Shown here: positions 40,730 to 53,364 of the stretch, piece by piece
How the letters are laid out: each line of letters begins with the position of its first letter
Numbering within the stretch: the stretch's first letter is position 1
IMG/VR virus record: IMGVR_UViG_3300048104_000741
Location: 1-64,000 of that record
Direction: 5' to 3' (one strand)
From: a virus
DNA: 64,000 bases
The notes under the pieces: generated by a model
The model's database searches: none
What the model was told of the DNA's origin: nothing
The model's input: the letters and a program-made list of their open reading frames with translations, nothing else
Position numbers and translations under genes: made by a program

Positions 40730-43015
40730 AATTGTCAATAACATTAAACAACAAAACTTATAGCGTAGAATCTGAAGAGGAATTTGATGGTTCAAATATC
40801 AACGAACTAGCGGAACAATTCAAAGGTTTGCTTGTTAGCGCAGGATTCCACCCAAGCAATGTGGATGAAATGTTTAATACAGAATACGAATGGTTCACCC
40901 AAGAAGAAAGAGATGATAATATGCAAGGTCACTTAAAAGACAATAAATACAATGAAGGTTATGCAAAAGGTTGGGACGATGCCAATCACAATGACAAGGC
41001 GAGTCAATTCCTAAAAAGCTCCAATGATGATGATTACTTATTTTAAATTATGATCCAAATAGAAGATTCAAATAACGAGAAATATCACATAAATCCCAAG
41101 CAAGTAATTTATGTAAAAGAAAGACTTCATTCTGGAAAATTAATGTACAAAATAATGATGTCTAACGGAGAAGCTTTAATGACTTCAAACGAGCATGGAG
41201 CAAAATGTATTATAGCTTCGATTAAGAGCAGAAAGACTCTTTAAAATGAAGTTAATTTTTTCAAACATTTTTTATCGCATTGGTCACGCATTAAGTTTTT
41301 TATTGCGTTTTGATTTTTTCACATTTTTACATCCTGTTTATAGTAAAATAATGCTTTGGAGCGTGAAGCTAGACAAAGATCGCAAAGTTTGGAAGATGAC
41401 AATAAATAAAAGAAAATTGCACGATAAATGAAAACATTACATAATACAAAGAATTGCAATTACAGAAGGTTCTTGCATAAAAGAGTGAAGGACGGAAAAA
41501 TAAGCGGTCAATTCTATCGCTTTCTTTGCAGGAATTTCCCTTATCGCTTGACTTATCATGCCATTGGCATGAATGTCAGAAAGGTTATGCACGGCAAGAT
41601 GAACGAATCTACTGCGATCAATACTTTAAAAGAAAAGGAAAAAGACGAAATAAAGCGCCAAGCAGAAATGTATAAGTCAAACATTGAATGCCGAAATAAA
41701 ATAAGCGAAAAAAAAACTGCTAAAAAATTCACAACAGAAGAAGATGTCGGGCGAGATATTGCAAGTGTAGAATCTACATATGACAAATATGTAGCAAAGA
41801 TAAACAACAGAGAAAAACAAGAGTATTTAGAATTTATTAAAAACAAATTTAAAGCAAATAAGATATCCCGAAAGGTATTAGATCATGCAGTTTTATTTAT
41901 CAAGAAATGTATGAAAGAAAATTTATATTTACCTGTGAGATTTAAAACATCATTGTACAGAATATTCGATAACGATGGTTATAATATTCACGCTAGAGAA
42001 GCAGAATTTTTTATGTATTTTAAGTGTGCATTCTCGAAAACACACAAATATAGTCTATACAAACAATCAAATGAAAAATAAGCTAATAAAAACTTGACTT
42101 AATGAACATTAATTGATATTATAAAACAATATGCCGTACATAAATAAAGAAGAAAAATATAAAAACAGCTTAGGAAAACTATCTGACTGCGGTCATCTCA
42201 ATTACTCTTTTTCTGAGATTATAAAAAAGTATATAGAACAGAACGATCTAAACTATCAGACTTTTAATGATGTTGTGGGAGCAATGGAGTGTTGCAAAAT
42301 GGAGTTGTACCGAAGATTGATTAGCCCTTATGAAGATGAAAAAATTTCGGAAAATGGAGATGTCGGTCTTTTTGAAAATAATGTTAATTCAAAAACAGGA
42401 AGCAAATACTAATGAATAAATCTCTATATAATATGCTAAAGAGTTCCGCTCAAGCAGATGTTGATAAAGCAAAATTAAGTCTTCATTTACTCGGAAATAA
42501 GGCGGTTGGAATTGGAGATCACTCAACAGGGGACTTTTACAAAAATGCAGAAGAGGCTTTAGATTTGTTAGATAATGCGAATAGCAGATTAGAAACTTTA
42601 GAAAAATTAATCAAAGAAGAAATATGAGAGAAGTAATATTAAAAGTTTTAAGTGAAGTTGCTTGCGGAAACACAGGTAGTTGTCAGATAAACTTGCAGTC
42701 TGAATCTGCGCAAATAATGATTGCCGACAAATTAGAAAAAGCCCTGCAAGATAATTTAAACGAAGCTATTGAAAGCGTTTGTTGCGGAAGTTAAGCTGAA
42801 TGGGTAATTTTCATTACGAAGAAATTCAAAAACTCCAACAAATAATCTCTAAAAAAACTTTAGATGATAATTTAGATTTAGAAAGATTAGTTGAAATAAA
42901 TGATTATATGGCTATATTACTAGATAGTTTAAATCATTGGTTTTTTTATGATAATACCGAAAGATATTATTACGATTTAAAATCTTTTATTTCTTGGCTT
43001 GAAAAAATAAAATAA
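40726..43015 (+). other. Cluster of hypothetical early ORFs (40726, 41050, 41246, 41428, 42131, 42412, 42800)
   Basis: ORF track; compact same-strand arrangement. Confidence 0.55.
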
Positions 43016-43057
43016 TAAAGTCTTGACAACTTTGCTTTTTTGCCTTAGTGTTATGGC

Positions 43058-46000
43058 ATGAGCAAAGATATTACAGATAAATTAAAAGAGTTAAAACTTA
43101 AAGAGCGAGAGCAACTCCTAGAGTCTATTGCTGAATTTAATCCCGAAGCATTGTTAGCGGATGGGCTTGAGGATGCAATCGTAGGGTATGATACAAAAGG
43201 CAGAGTTATTTATTCTGTTGGCAATATCATTGATATCCTTGTCGAGCGTGATGGTATGAGTTACGAAGATGCGAGTGAGTATTTTTCGTTCAATATTGAG
43301 TGCGCCTATGTTGGCGAGCATACTCCAATTTATATGTACGAGGAATAATTATGAGTAACAAAATAGACAAAGAAATCGTTTGGGCGAAAAGCAGAAAGCA
43401 GTCTGAATCCTCTAAATTCACAACTTGGGCAAGCTCAAAAGATTGGTGCAAACTTGGGGGCTTTTCAGTAAAAGCGCACGATTTCAGCAATTTCGTTTCG
43501 GTAAGCGCTCATAATAGTGATGGAGAGTCTTGGAATAGATATTTTCAGATTCCTGTTGACAAGATTGAAGAGTTTTGCAATAGTTTAATGGATGCTAAAA
43601 AATTAATGGAAAGCAATAATGAAAAAATATAGATTATCAGTAACAGAAGAGATTGGTGGATACATTGTGGTTAAAGCTAAGAATGAAGAGGAAGCAGAAG
43701 AAATTGCAGAGGAATTACTTAATGAACATGGTTGTCAAGATCTTTTTTACAATCATAATTTAACTAAATATCATGGCGATCATACTCATGGAGATAGAGG
43801 AGTTTTAACTTGCGAGGAAATAAAATGAAAAGATTTGAAATAGAAATAGGAAGCACAACTTATCGCACTTATTTTATTGATTCAGAATCGAAAGATGATG
43901 CAGTCAGTAGAGCTTTTGATGAAATGGAAGCAGATTGGGAAATAAGTAAAGCATGGAAACAAAATGCTGAAGTTAGTTTTTGTGAAGAACAAGAAAAAGA
44001 TTCTGAGCTTGACAAGTTAAACCAAGACCTATAAGGTAAAGATATGAATAAACACACAGAAGTATTACAACTACAAGAATTACACGAAGTAGAGAGTGGA
44101 CTCAATACTCGCATAAGCGAAATATATGATTATCCACCTGCAAAGAAAATTGCTGAAAAATTATTTCATTTAAATGATGAATTAAATCTTTTATTAAATA
44201 AGAGAGCAGATGCAGTAGGATTAAATATAAAATTTGGCGCAGTACCTGTTGATACATCTCATTTAAATAATGATGATTTTGGCGCTTTTATTCGGGGTGA
44301 AATAAATGAACATAGAAAAAAACTATAATGAGCAAAATTACAAATAAAGCTAAAAAAGAAAAATACTTTGTGTTTTCTGTGCCTACTGCTTATGTCTACG
44401 AAATTCAAGCTGAAACAGAAAAGGAAGCTAGAGAAATATTAGTAGAGCATGGGGGTATAGAAATATATGGAGAACAATGCGAAATGCTTGCTGAAGATTA
44501 TGAAAACGCAGAGTTAAACGAAACTTACGAAATGTAAAAAAAGTATTGACAACATTTAAAAATTAAACTAGAGTACAAATATGAAAGTGAAAAAAGTTTG
44601 GAACATTGAACCGCAAAAGATGCTAGATTATATTCTTGAGTCAGACAAATCAAATGGTATGCACAACGAAAAAGATTATAGTCCTACATTTTATATAGGT
44701 AAAGACCTCGTGTACATTCGTGAAGTTTATGAAGATTATAATGGTCTTGATAGTCTTACCGAAGAAGAACTAATAGAGAATGAATATTATAGATTGGAGA
44801 TAGCATAATGAGCATCTATACAAAAACATATAGAGTACCATGTTCATGGCAAGTTTATGCCCAAGTAGAAGTTGAAGCAGAGTCTTGGGAGGAAGCAATT
44901 GCCAAAGTCGAAAGCAATAGTGTTCCACTACCAACAGACCCTAATTATGTAGATGCTTCTCTTGAAGTTGATATGGAAATAATTGAAGAGGAGATGGAAA
45001 ATCCAAATACTTTTGATTTGGTAGATTAATTACTTGACAACACAATAAAAACAACATAGGATTATAACATGAAAGAAATAATAGGAGACGATTACCCGAC
45101 TTACGAAGATTCAGTCAACATGACTTTAGCTGAAAGAAAAAATAAACCAAGTAATACTTATATGACAGAAGTAGAGCATGAAATAAATAAACAAAATGTC
45201 GAAAGATTATTGAAAGAAAATTTTGAGCTTCGACATAGACTTGCCTGTATTGCTGATGATATAGAAATTGTTGATAGACACATTCAAAAGAATTGTAACA
45301 AAAGATTCAAAAGATCAAGTCTGAATAAAGATGGAAGTATCTATGCAGACGAAGCATGGCATAATATTTCTAACATAGAAATTGCTTGTGATTTAAATGA
45401 TGACGAACCATTGTATTGGGGTAGTAAAGTTATGGCAGAAAAAGAAAATTATATAAAATGAAAGTTTCAGAATTAGAAGTTAAAGAAAGTTTTGATGGTG
45501 AATTATATTTTCGTTTGCCCGATGACCTACTTAAAAGATTAGGTTGGGAAGAAGGAGATGATCTAAAATTTATCCCACAAGATGATGCGTTTATTATTAA
45601 AAAAGTAAAATACGAAACGATTGAGCTTGACTTTGATGAAGAAGAGTTGCTAAAATATATGACTTGCGCACATGAGCAGAGTTTAAGTTTTAACGAATTT
45701 GTAGAACAAGCATTAACCGAGGTAATAAAGCAAAAAGATGAACATTGATTATCAGTTGCTAGAAAAGCAGAGAGATCACCTATTGTCTGTCCTATGGCAC
45801 GACTTCAAGCCTCCGCACGAACAAGAAGATGCTCCTGTCCCCTTGGATAGAGAAACAGGTTGGGGCATTGTTCATTTATTAGATGACCTACTAGATAAAG
45901 AATACTACAGAAAGAATCCAAAGACTTTTTTAAGAACAAAGATTATTAATGTTGACAATATGAAAGAAAAGGAATAAAGTATAAACATGAACAAAGAAAG

Positions 46001-47044
46001 AGAATATTGCGTTGGAGTAAAAATTATTAATTGTTATTATGTTAGCGCCAAAACTAGAGATGAAGCAGAAGAAATTGTTAGAAACATGGATAATGATGAA
46101 ATTTTGCTTGACTCTGATTTTAATATTGAATATGCTGATCCTACAAATGGAGAAATCGCATGGAAAATAAAAGCGCATGAATATGACATTATTGATGATG
46201 ATCATGGAAATGTGTTAATATGAATAAAGAAACATTACAATCTCTAAAGCGAGAGGAAGAGCAAAGAGAAGAGTTAAAAGACTCTTGGAAGCACATCAAA
46301 GACCTTGAGGCAGAGTTGGAGTTTTTGTATGTCAGAGAACCTCACGAAGTAGATTATATTGAAAGCGTTAAAAACGCACTTGACAATTTATATAAAAAAG
46401 TAGAGAATATAGGAGTCAATTTAATTGGAAAAATATGAAACTAACTAAATACCAAAAAGCTAGACTACTTGAACACGAATGGGATGTCATCGAAACCGAT
46501 GAAGGGCAAAATTGTTCTTGGATCGCTATTCAACCCGAAGATGGGGAAGCCTATCAAGTCGCACTTGATATTTTCAGCTTGACAGACACAGGTAAAGACA
46601 TTAAGCTACTTGTAGTTGGAACACAAAACGAAGGAGAATAAATATGAGAACTACGCAAAGAGAACTTAGAGAAGGTAATCCTACTATTGATGATATGAGA
46701 TATGACATCGCTGAACAGGAAGCAATGAATATGAGTGTTTCAGAAATTATAGATATGCTCATCTATGGTTGCGAGGGGGTAGAGTCTACACCCGACATTG
46801 AAGTGAGAGATGAATGGGAGCAAACTTTTGGAGAATTAAAAAATTGGGAGAATAAATAATGAAGCTAGAAGAAGCAATGTATATAGTAATTAATGAAGCA
46901 GAAGTCTCTGCTCTCGGAGAAAGAACTGATGAAAATTTAAGAGTTTTGCTTGCAACTGAAGTCGTTCAAGCCTTTTATGATGAACATGGGCATCATTTCT
47001 CAAATTTTTCTGTTGACAACGCTGAAGAAGTGTGTCAGCCTTAA
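43058..47044 (+). other. Array of ~15 small acidic early ORFs, many with their own TTGACA promoter; includes five xVxAxxxEEA paralogues
   Basis: ORF track; promoters at 43023, 44009, 44546, 45034 and 45952. Confidence 0.65.
45458..45748 (+). CDS. AbrB/MazE-like DNA-binding protein
   Basis: GELYFRLPDDLLKRLGWEEGDDLKF, followed by a ribbon-helix-helix-like C-terminus. Confidence 0.65.
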   Translation: MKVSELEVKESFDGELYFRLPDDLLKRLGWEEGDDLKFIPQDDAFIIKKVKYETIELDFDEEELLKYMTCAHEQSLSFNEFVEQALTEVIKQKDEH

Positions 47045-47083
47045 ATTATTAATTAAATTATTAACACACAAAAAATATCACAC

Positions 47084-47695
47084 ATGAATTATTTCAACAA
47101 ATCAAAAGTAAATTGGAACACATGGAGTCCCGAAAGCATCATCTTTAAAAGCAACCAACTTGTCAAGAAGGTTTTACCGCCCGAAAATGTTTTGTCTTGG
47201 ACTAGCAAGCGTGATCGTGACGAAAAGATGTGCAAATTAACAGGTGGAAAAGTTTACCAAGGTTATCAAGGTTATTCTTATCATGGTCAAGAAAACTACA
47301 AAGGTGTTATGGTTCAACTCAAAGATTTGAAATCTGACTTTCCATCTGCCAATATTGATTTTATTGATCGCACACAAAGAAAAGATAGTGTCGGCAATGA
47401 GAAAGGTTTTCTTGATGTATTGATGTATCTAAATTCCTTTCATTCTCCTTGGGAATATGTCAGATGTGCGCAAACAGGAAATTGGGTAAGAAAAAATAAG
47501 CCAAATGTTGCGCCTCTTGAAGAAGGTTATCGCTTTTGCTATGGTGGACAAGGAGATGCTAACTCTATGAACTTTGAAGAGTTTCAAGAATTGATTCAAA
47601 TAACAGAAGCAATAAAAACTTTTTTGGTCGAAGTCATTGTTCCAATAACTAGAAACGAATTGACTCCCGATGAATACGAACTAATGGTAGCATGA
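47084..47695 (+). CDS. Hypothetical protein with a tmRNA-tag-like C-terminus
   Basis: 203 aa, ends DEYELMVA. Confidence 0.75.
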   Translation: MNYFNKSKVNWNTWSPESIIFKSNQLVKKVLPPENVLSWTSKRDRDEKMCKLTGGKVYQGYQGYSYHGQENYKGVMVQLKDLKSDFPSANIDFIDRTQRKDSVGNEKGFLDVLMYLNSFHSPWEYVRCAQTGNWVRKNKPNVAPLEEGYRFCYGGQGDANSMNFEEFQELIQITEAIKTFLVEVIVPITRNELTPDEYELMVA

Positions 47696-48007
47696 ATAAA
47701 GAAGACATAAGTAAAGAAGAGTATCACTTGTACGACATAATTAGTTCTTGTGAGAATATACTTGATGACCTTGAAAATGGCGCTCATATCGAACAGGCAG
47801 ATTTCAACAACCTCGGTTATGCTGATAGTATTATGCTTCGCATACAACATAATGTATCCCGACAATTAAATCCAACAAATATTAAAGATGAATAATTTAT
47901 TAAAAAGTTTACCCGATGTTTTTTATGCGATTAATGTTATTGGGGTTTGTTTATTGGTTTTGTTGTTCGTTTTAATTGTAACAAATTCTTTTGGAGATTA
48001 AAAATAG

Positions 48008-48166
48008 GTTCACCTCTGAATGTGAGTGACTTCAGTAGTTCGTGATAGTTTGCTAGTAACTTAATCCTACTGAATGAGCAAGATCTACCATGTCTGATCA
48101 GCAGAAAAAGACTAGCAAGTAATTCGATTACTACTATATTGGAGTTAGTCACGGATACTCTCCGTG
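48008..48166 (+). ncRNA. Unassigned structured RNA (pseudoknot or switch candidate)
   Basis: Helices TTCAGTAG/CTACTGAA, TTGCTAGT/ACTAGCAA, TGACTTCAGTA/TATTGGAGTTA and CACGGA/TCCGTG in an intergenic gap. Confidence 0.5.
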
Positions 48167-48183
48167 CAAACATTTTAAAAAAT

Positions 48184-48815
48184 ATGAAAATACAATTAGG
48201 AATACGAGGAAGCACAGATTCAATTAATCATATCATTGTAAAAATAGATGATCTTATGCTTATAAATGCAAATAACTTATTTTTGGTTGGAGAGGAAGAG
48301 AGAATTAAAATAGGAAAAAATTTAGTAGAATTATTAAACTCTCTATCAAAAGATCACGAAATATCTGTTGGTGAAAATGTTGCCAAGGAAATAGAAAGAG
48401 AATTGAACTTAAATGGAGAAATAATTAAATATGGCACACGATGAATTTAATAGTGGAGTAAGGCATGGATTTGACATGGCATTGTATGCAGTAAGAGGTA
48501 TTGACAGGCAAATAGAATATCCCGATGAGAGAGGGAGAGAAGACTATATAAAATATAATGCACAAAAAGATTTGTTATATAAAATATACGAAGAAATAAA
48601 AAAAGAGATGGAGCAAGAAGTACATGAAAACGATTATTAAAAAAGCGATTCAATTTCTTTACATTAAAAAAGATGATTACCTAAAAAAAAGATTAATCAA
48701 AAAAGCAGTTAAAGTTTCTCTAGATAAAAACGAAAGAATTCTTGAGCAGTTAAATGACAACATGGACTATGATGGAATGGGTAATTATGGAAGATTCCCT
48801 CCGATAAAAAAATAA
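48184..48815 (+). other. Three hypothetical ORFs (48184-48444, 48431-48640, 48624-48815)
   Basis: ORF track; first start moved to ATG 48184, downstream of the structured element. Confidence 0.5.
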
Positions 48816-48857
48816 AATAGTGTTGACATAGTTGAGCTATTCCATTAGTGTGTTGGT

Positions 48858-49361
48858 ATGGAATTAAAAAAAGCATCAGCACTCACTCATGTATTAATGC
48901 ACGAACATGGTTTATCTAGGGGATGGACATTTCGTTGGCAAAACAAAAAGCGCTCACTTGGCACTTGCAGTTATGATTGGCGAGAAATTCGGTTGTCTAA
49001 ATGGTATGTTGAATTAAACGACATAGATGATGTAAAGGATACTATTCTCCATGAACTCGCCCATGCTTTGGCTTATGAGCGCTATGGTTCTAAAAGCATT
49101 GGTCATGGAGTTTTATGGAAAAAAGTTTGCAGAGAAATTGGCGCAATTCCAAAAGCTAGAAGTAAGTCTAATTTAAATACTCCCAAAAATCATCACAAGT
49201 ATGTTGACACTTGTTGTGGCTTGACTTTCAGAAAGCATAGGTTGAGAAAAAACAGGACATACTCTTGCCCAAAATGCCATGTCAACTTGTTCGTTAGTGA
49301 GAAAGAAAAAAAAATAGATCGTGCGACAAAAGCATTAGCGAATGAAATATTTAGCGCTTGA
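48858..49361 (+). CDS. SprT-like zinc metalloprotease domain protein
   Basis: LGTCSY...IRLS, TILHELAHA, HGVLWK, C-terminal CC...CPKC. Confidence 0.85.
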   Translation: MELKKASALTHVLMHEHGLSRGWTFRWQNKKRSLGTCSYDWREIRLSKWYVELNDIDDVKDTILHELAHALAYERYGSKSIGHGVLWKKVCREIGAIPKARSKSNLNTPKNHHKYVDTCCGLTFRKHRLRKNRTYSCPKCHVNLFVSEKEKKIDRATKALANEIFSA

Positions 49362-49668
49362 CAATTTTTTATTTTTACTTTAATGTATGATTATGAAAGA
49401 CGAAATTTTAGTTGAACCAAAGATTTTAAAAAATAGAAAGAATCCTTTATATGTGATTACTTCTACTCATGCAGAATCAATTAACTTATTGACTCGCAAG
49501 AAAAGTCTTGATGAAGTTGATCTTGACTCTTTGAAGCAATTAGGTTTTGCGGTTGCGGAAAATAAACTTGACAAGGATGGCAACAAAGTCTACCTTAAAC
49601 ATAACACAAGAACATTTGCAGAGAAAATGAATTCTCGCAAACAACAAAATAAATAGGAGAAAAATATT

Positions 49669-50088
49669 ATGGGATTAGATATGTACGCTTATGCTCGTCC
49701 ACCTCGCAAGAGAAATAATGACGAAGACCTTCATATTGCAGAATGGCGCAAGCACAATCGCTTGCAAGGTTGGATGCAAGAGTTGTGGGAATCTAAAGGT
49801 TGTCCCAACGCAGACACAGAAGGCAATCCAATGGGTGACTTCAATAGTGTCGAAATGAAACTTACTTTAGCGGATATTTATGCTCTTGAAGATGCAATTC
49901 TTACAATGACCATGCCCGAATCTAATGGTTTCTTTTGGGGTAGTGATTCCTTTTTTTGGGCAGACGAAGATGGTAATGATTACCCCGAAGATCGTTACTA
50001 TTATTTAGAAAGTGATTTGCAATTTGTAGATGATGCAAAAAAAATGCTTGACAAAGGTTATCGGGTGTTTTATAGTTGTTGGTATTAA
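49669..50088 (+). CDS. Phage hypothetical protein (MGLDMY type)
   Basis: MGLDMY...WRKHNRLQGWM...GFFWG...VFYSCWY. Confidence 0.75.
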   Translation: MGLDMYAYARPPRKRNNDEDLHIAEWRKHNRLQGWMQELWESKGCPNADTEGNPMGDFNSVEMKLTLADIYALEDAILTMTMPESNGFFWGSDSFFWADEDGNDYPEDRYYYLESDLQFVDDAKKMLDKGYRVFYSCWY

Positions 50089-50113
50089 TCAATCACAAAA
50101 CGCAAGGAAAAAC

Positions 50114-53100
50114 ATGGATACCGCACAAGCATTCGTAAATAGCATTAAACAATCAATCGCAAGCGCAGAAAAGATAGCAAACTCAATACCCAAGAAGGGT
50201 CTTAATGTTTATCTTGACAAGTCAACTATGGTCATGCAGACTTTTAGCGACCCAAGCGCATTTGCTTATGCCAAGCAAGCAACTGCTCGCAAGGGTCAAT
50301 CAAGTATTCTTAGGATGCAAATGGATGGGGCGGGCAGAACCCAAGCAAAAGCATTGTAAAAGATGCAAAATATTAGTTTAACTATATAAATACGAACTTT
50401 TCGCCAATAACACAATAAAATGCTTGACATATCATGCAAATTAACATTAACTAAAAACATGAAACAATTAGAAGAAAAAATACCAACATACGAAGAATAT
50501 ACAAAAGATATGTCGTTAGTAGATCAAATAAAATTTTACTATGATGTTGACCTCAAAGATTTTTTTCCCGATGGATGGATGACTGATCCTTGGGAAATTG
50601 TTGCGCAAGTTGCAATTAATCCTAATTGGCTAAATGAATTCAACAAAGAATTTAAAGAATACCTACAAGAAAGAGAATACATACAATGAAACAACCTATA
50701 TATAATGGCATAAACGAAGATGAGTGCGAATATTACGATGTAGTACAAGGAGAGATTGAATACAACAAAATGAATAAATTAAAAGAAAAATTAAAGACAA
50801 ATATTAAATACCATATAGATAGAATAGCTGAAACAGGCTCATCATCATTTTCTACTTGCGATTATAGTGGATGGGATAAAGATATTTGGAATCACAGACA
50901 TTCTATCATGGACAAATTGACTGATGAAGGTTATCGTGTTGAAAGTGCAGTTAATCATGGAGTATTAGATGTAACAATAACTGCAAATTTAGAATTATGA
51001 GTGGAGTAGTAGATACAGAACAATTAAAATGCCAAATATCTAACTTCTTATATGACATTACCAATGATGAGTATTATAGTGATGAAGTAATATTATCGGA
51101 TGAAGACATTTCAAAATTAACAGACAGAATAGTTTTTAGAAACACAGAATTAAGAGAAATATTAAATAATGAAAGTAACAAAAATAAGATATTTTAATAC
51201 ATTAAATGGAGTTGGTTACGAATGCCACACAAATATAGATGGGGTGAGAATATGTAATCACGGAACAGGTGGAGCAACTTTTATTGATGGCGCATTTAAA
51301 GATACAAAAAATTTTAGAGAGTTATCTGAATGGGACTTAGAAGATTTAATTGACCAATACGAAAATAAACTCTTGACACAATAATAAAACCAATATAAAG
51401 TATTAAACATGAACGATTACATAGAAGAAAATAATAATAAATTACAATACGATAGTTTCACAGGAACTTATTTCTTACATGATGAAGAGTGGGAAGAACC
51501 TATGGAATTTACTGAAGACGAACTAGAACAAGAGGGGATATACATCAATGAATAAAGAATACAACATGACATTAGGATTAACTAGAGAAGAAATTAATGA
51601 CATTCTAAATGGAGTGCCAATGAAGTTTCATTTCTTGAATGATGACAATTCTCCTGCGATTAGCGTTGCTATTAAAACTATGGAAGATGATCTACCTTTG
51701 GAGAACTACATGGATTTAAGCGAAAAGCTAGACGAAGAGTTGGCAAATATTGTTGACAAGTCTCCTGTTAATGTTTAGAGTATCGACATATTAACAACTA
51801 TATGTACATAAAAGAGTAAAATATCGACATGAACCAAATAGAAGAAATAGTTTACCACAAAGATCAAATGTCTCTCGATTTTAATTGGAAAAAAATTGAT
51901 GACGAGTTAATCCAAAGGGAGGCGACAATTTCCGTAGCAAATGGAGAGTATGAAGATTGGGATCATGCTTATGAATCTCATTGGGATATGTGGGAAAGTG
52001 GAGATTTAATCTTGACACCTTCTTTTTAATCGCTTAGAGTTATATTATGAAATTAGTATTAAGAGAAAACGAAGTAAATAATAAAGCAGATGGAACATAT
52101 TATATAGATTGCATAACTACAAGTTATTTTAATCTAGTTAATTTGCTCGGAGAACCTACCTCAAAAAGAGGAGATAAGGTATTATGTGAATGGGTAATTG
52201 AATCAAATGAGGGTAACATTGCTACAATTTACGATTACAAGTCTGATACGAATGATGTTGCATTGGTAACTGAATGGCATTTGGGGGGCAATAAAGATTC
52301 GCTTCCTCTAATTGAAGAGATTAAAAATAACATTAAAAATAATATTGACTTTTACAATCTTGTCTGCTAGTGTATTAATATGAATTACACAACACAAAAA
52401 ATTAGTTTCAATGTTGCCACAAATGGTGGAGATCAATATCGCTTATATGAATGCGTAGATCAAATCGCAGACCTCATTGATATGTACTTCGGTACTGCAA
52501 TAGAAGATACCACAAATATACATAGATTAGTCGATGAAGAACTTGTTGTAGCAATGAGAAGGCAAGCTAAAGAAAATGAACTAGAAAACATAAATGGGGG
52601 GAGTAAATAATGAATACTAGAGATAAAGTAGAATGGAGTCGCACTCCTGTTCGCCAAATACAATGTCATAAAGTTAGTGGATACGATTATCACGACAAAA
52701 TTGAGCTACCTATTCTTTTTAACTTGACAGATGATGGTAAAAGGCTTTATGATCGTGAAACAATGACTGATTATTTAGAAGATATTTTAAATGGTATAGA
52801 AGAACACGAAAAACATTATAATTAAATAAAAACATTTAGAAGATTAAACTAATTTTTCAATTAAAATAAATTTTAATATCAAATTACTTTATTAAATAAA
52901 TAATTAAATTAACTAGAACAATGATAAAACAATTAGAAGGAGCAAAAACTTTCAAAGAGATTTTTCATCTTTATATAGGTGAATTGACAAACGCAGACAC
53001 AGGAATGTCTTTTGAGAAGTATATAGCAAAGAAATCTTTTATGAATCTAGCAGAATTTTTAGACAATAGTCCATTAAGTGTTTCTCAATGGGCGCAAATA

Positions 53101-53139
53101 GACAAAGAAAAAGAAAGAACTAATAACACACCATCTTAA
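50114..53139 (+). other. Cluster of small hypothetical early ORFs
   Basis: ORF track; promoters at 50424, 51374, 52012 and 52345. Confidence 0.6.
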
Positions 53140-53364
53140 TAAAAATGAACGAAATAATAGAATTAATTGAACAAAAAATAGAAGAGATTAAAAATTACTC
53201 TATATCCAACCAAGAAGACGAATCTCAATACATGAAAGAATTAGGTGCTTTTGAAGAAATGTTGAGAATAGTTGAAGAATTTTAAAAAAAAGTGTTGACA
53301 TTATCACAATCATCAGTCATACTTCAATCATAGTTTAATTTATCACATATAACACACAAGAAAA

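Noticed and set aside
47937-48215. ORF 47937-48215 (-) and the TTG start at 48139
   Set aside because: Both overlap the structured element; ATG 48184 is the likelier start of the downstream gene.
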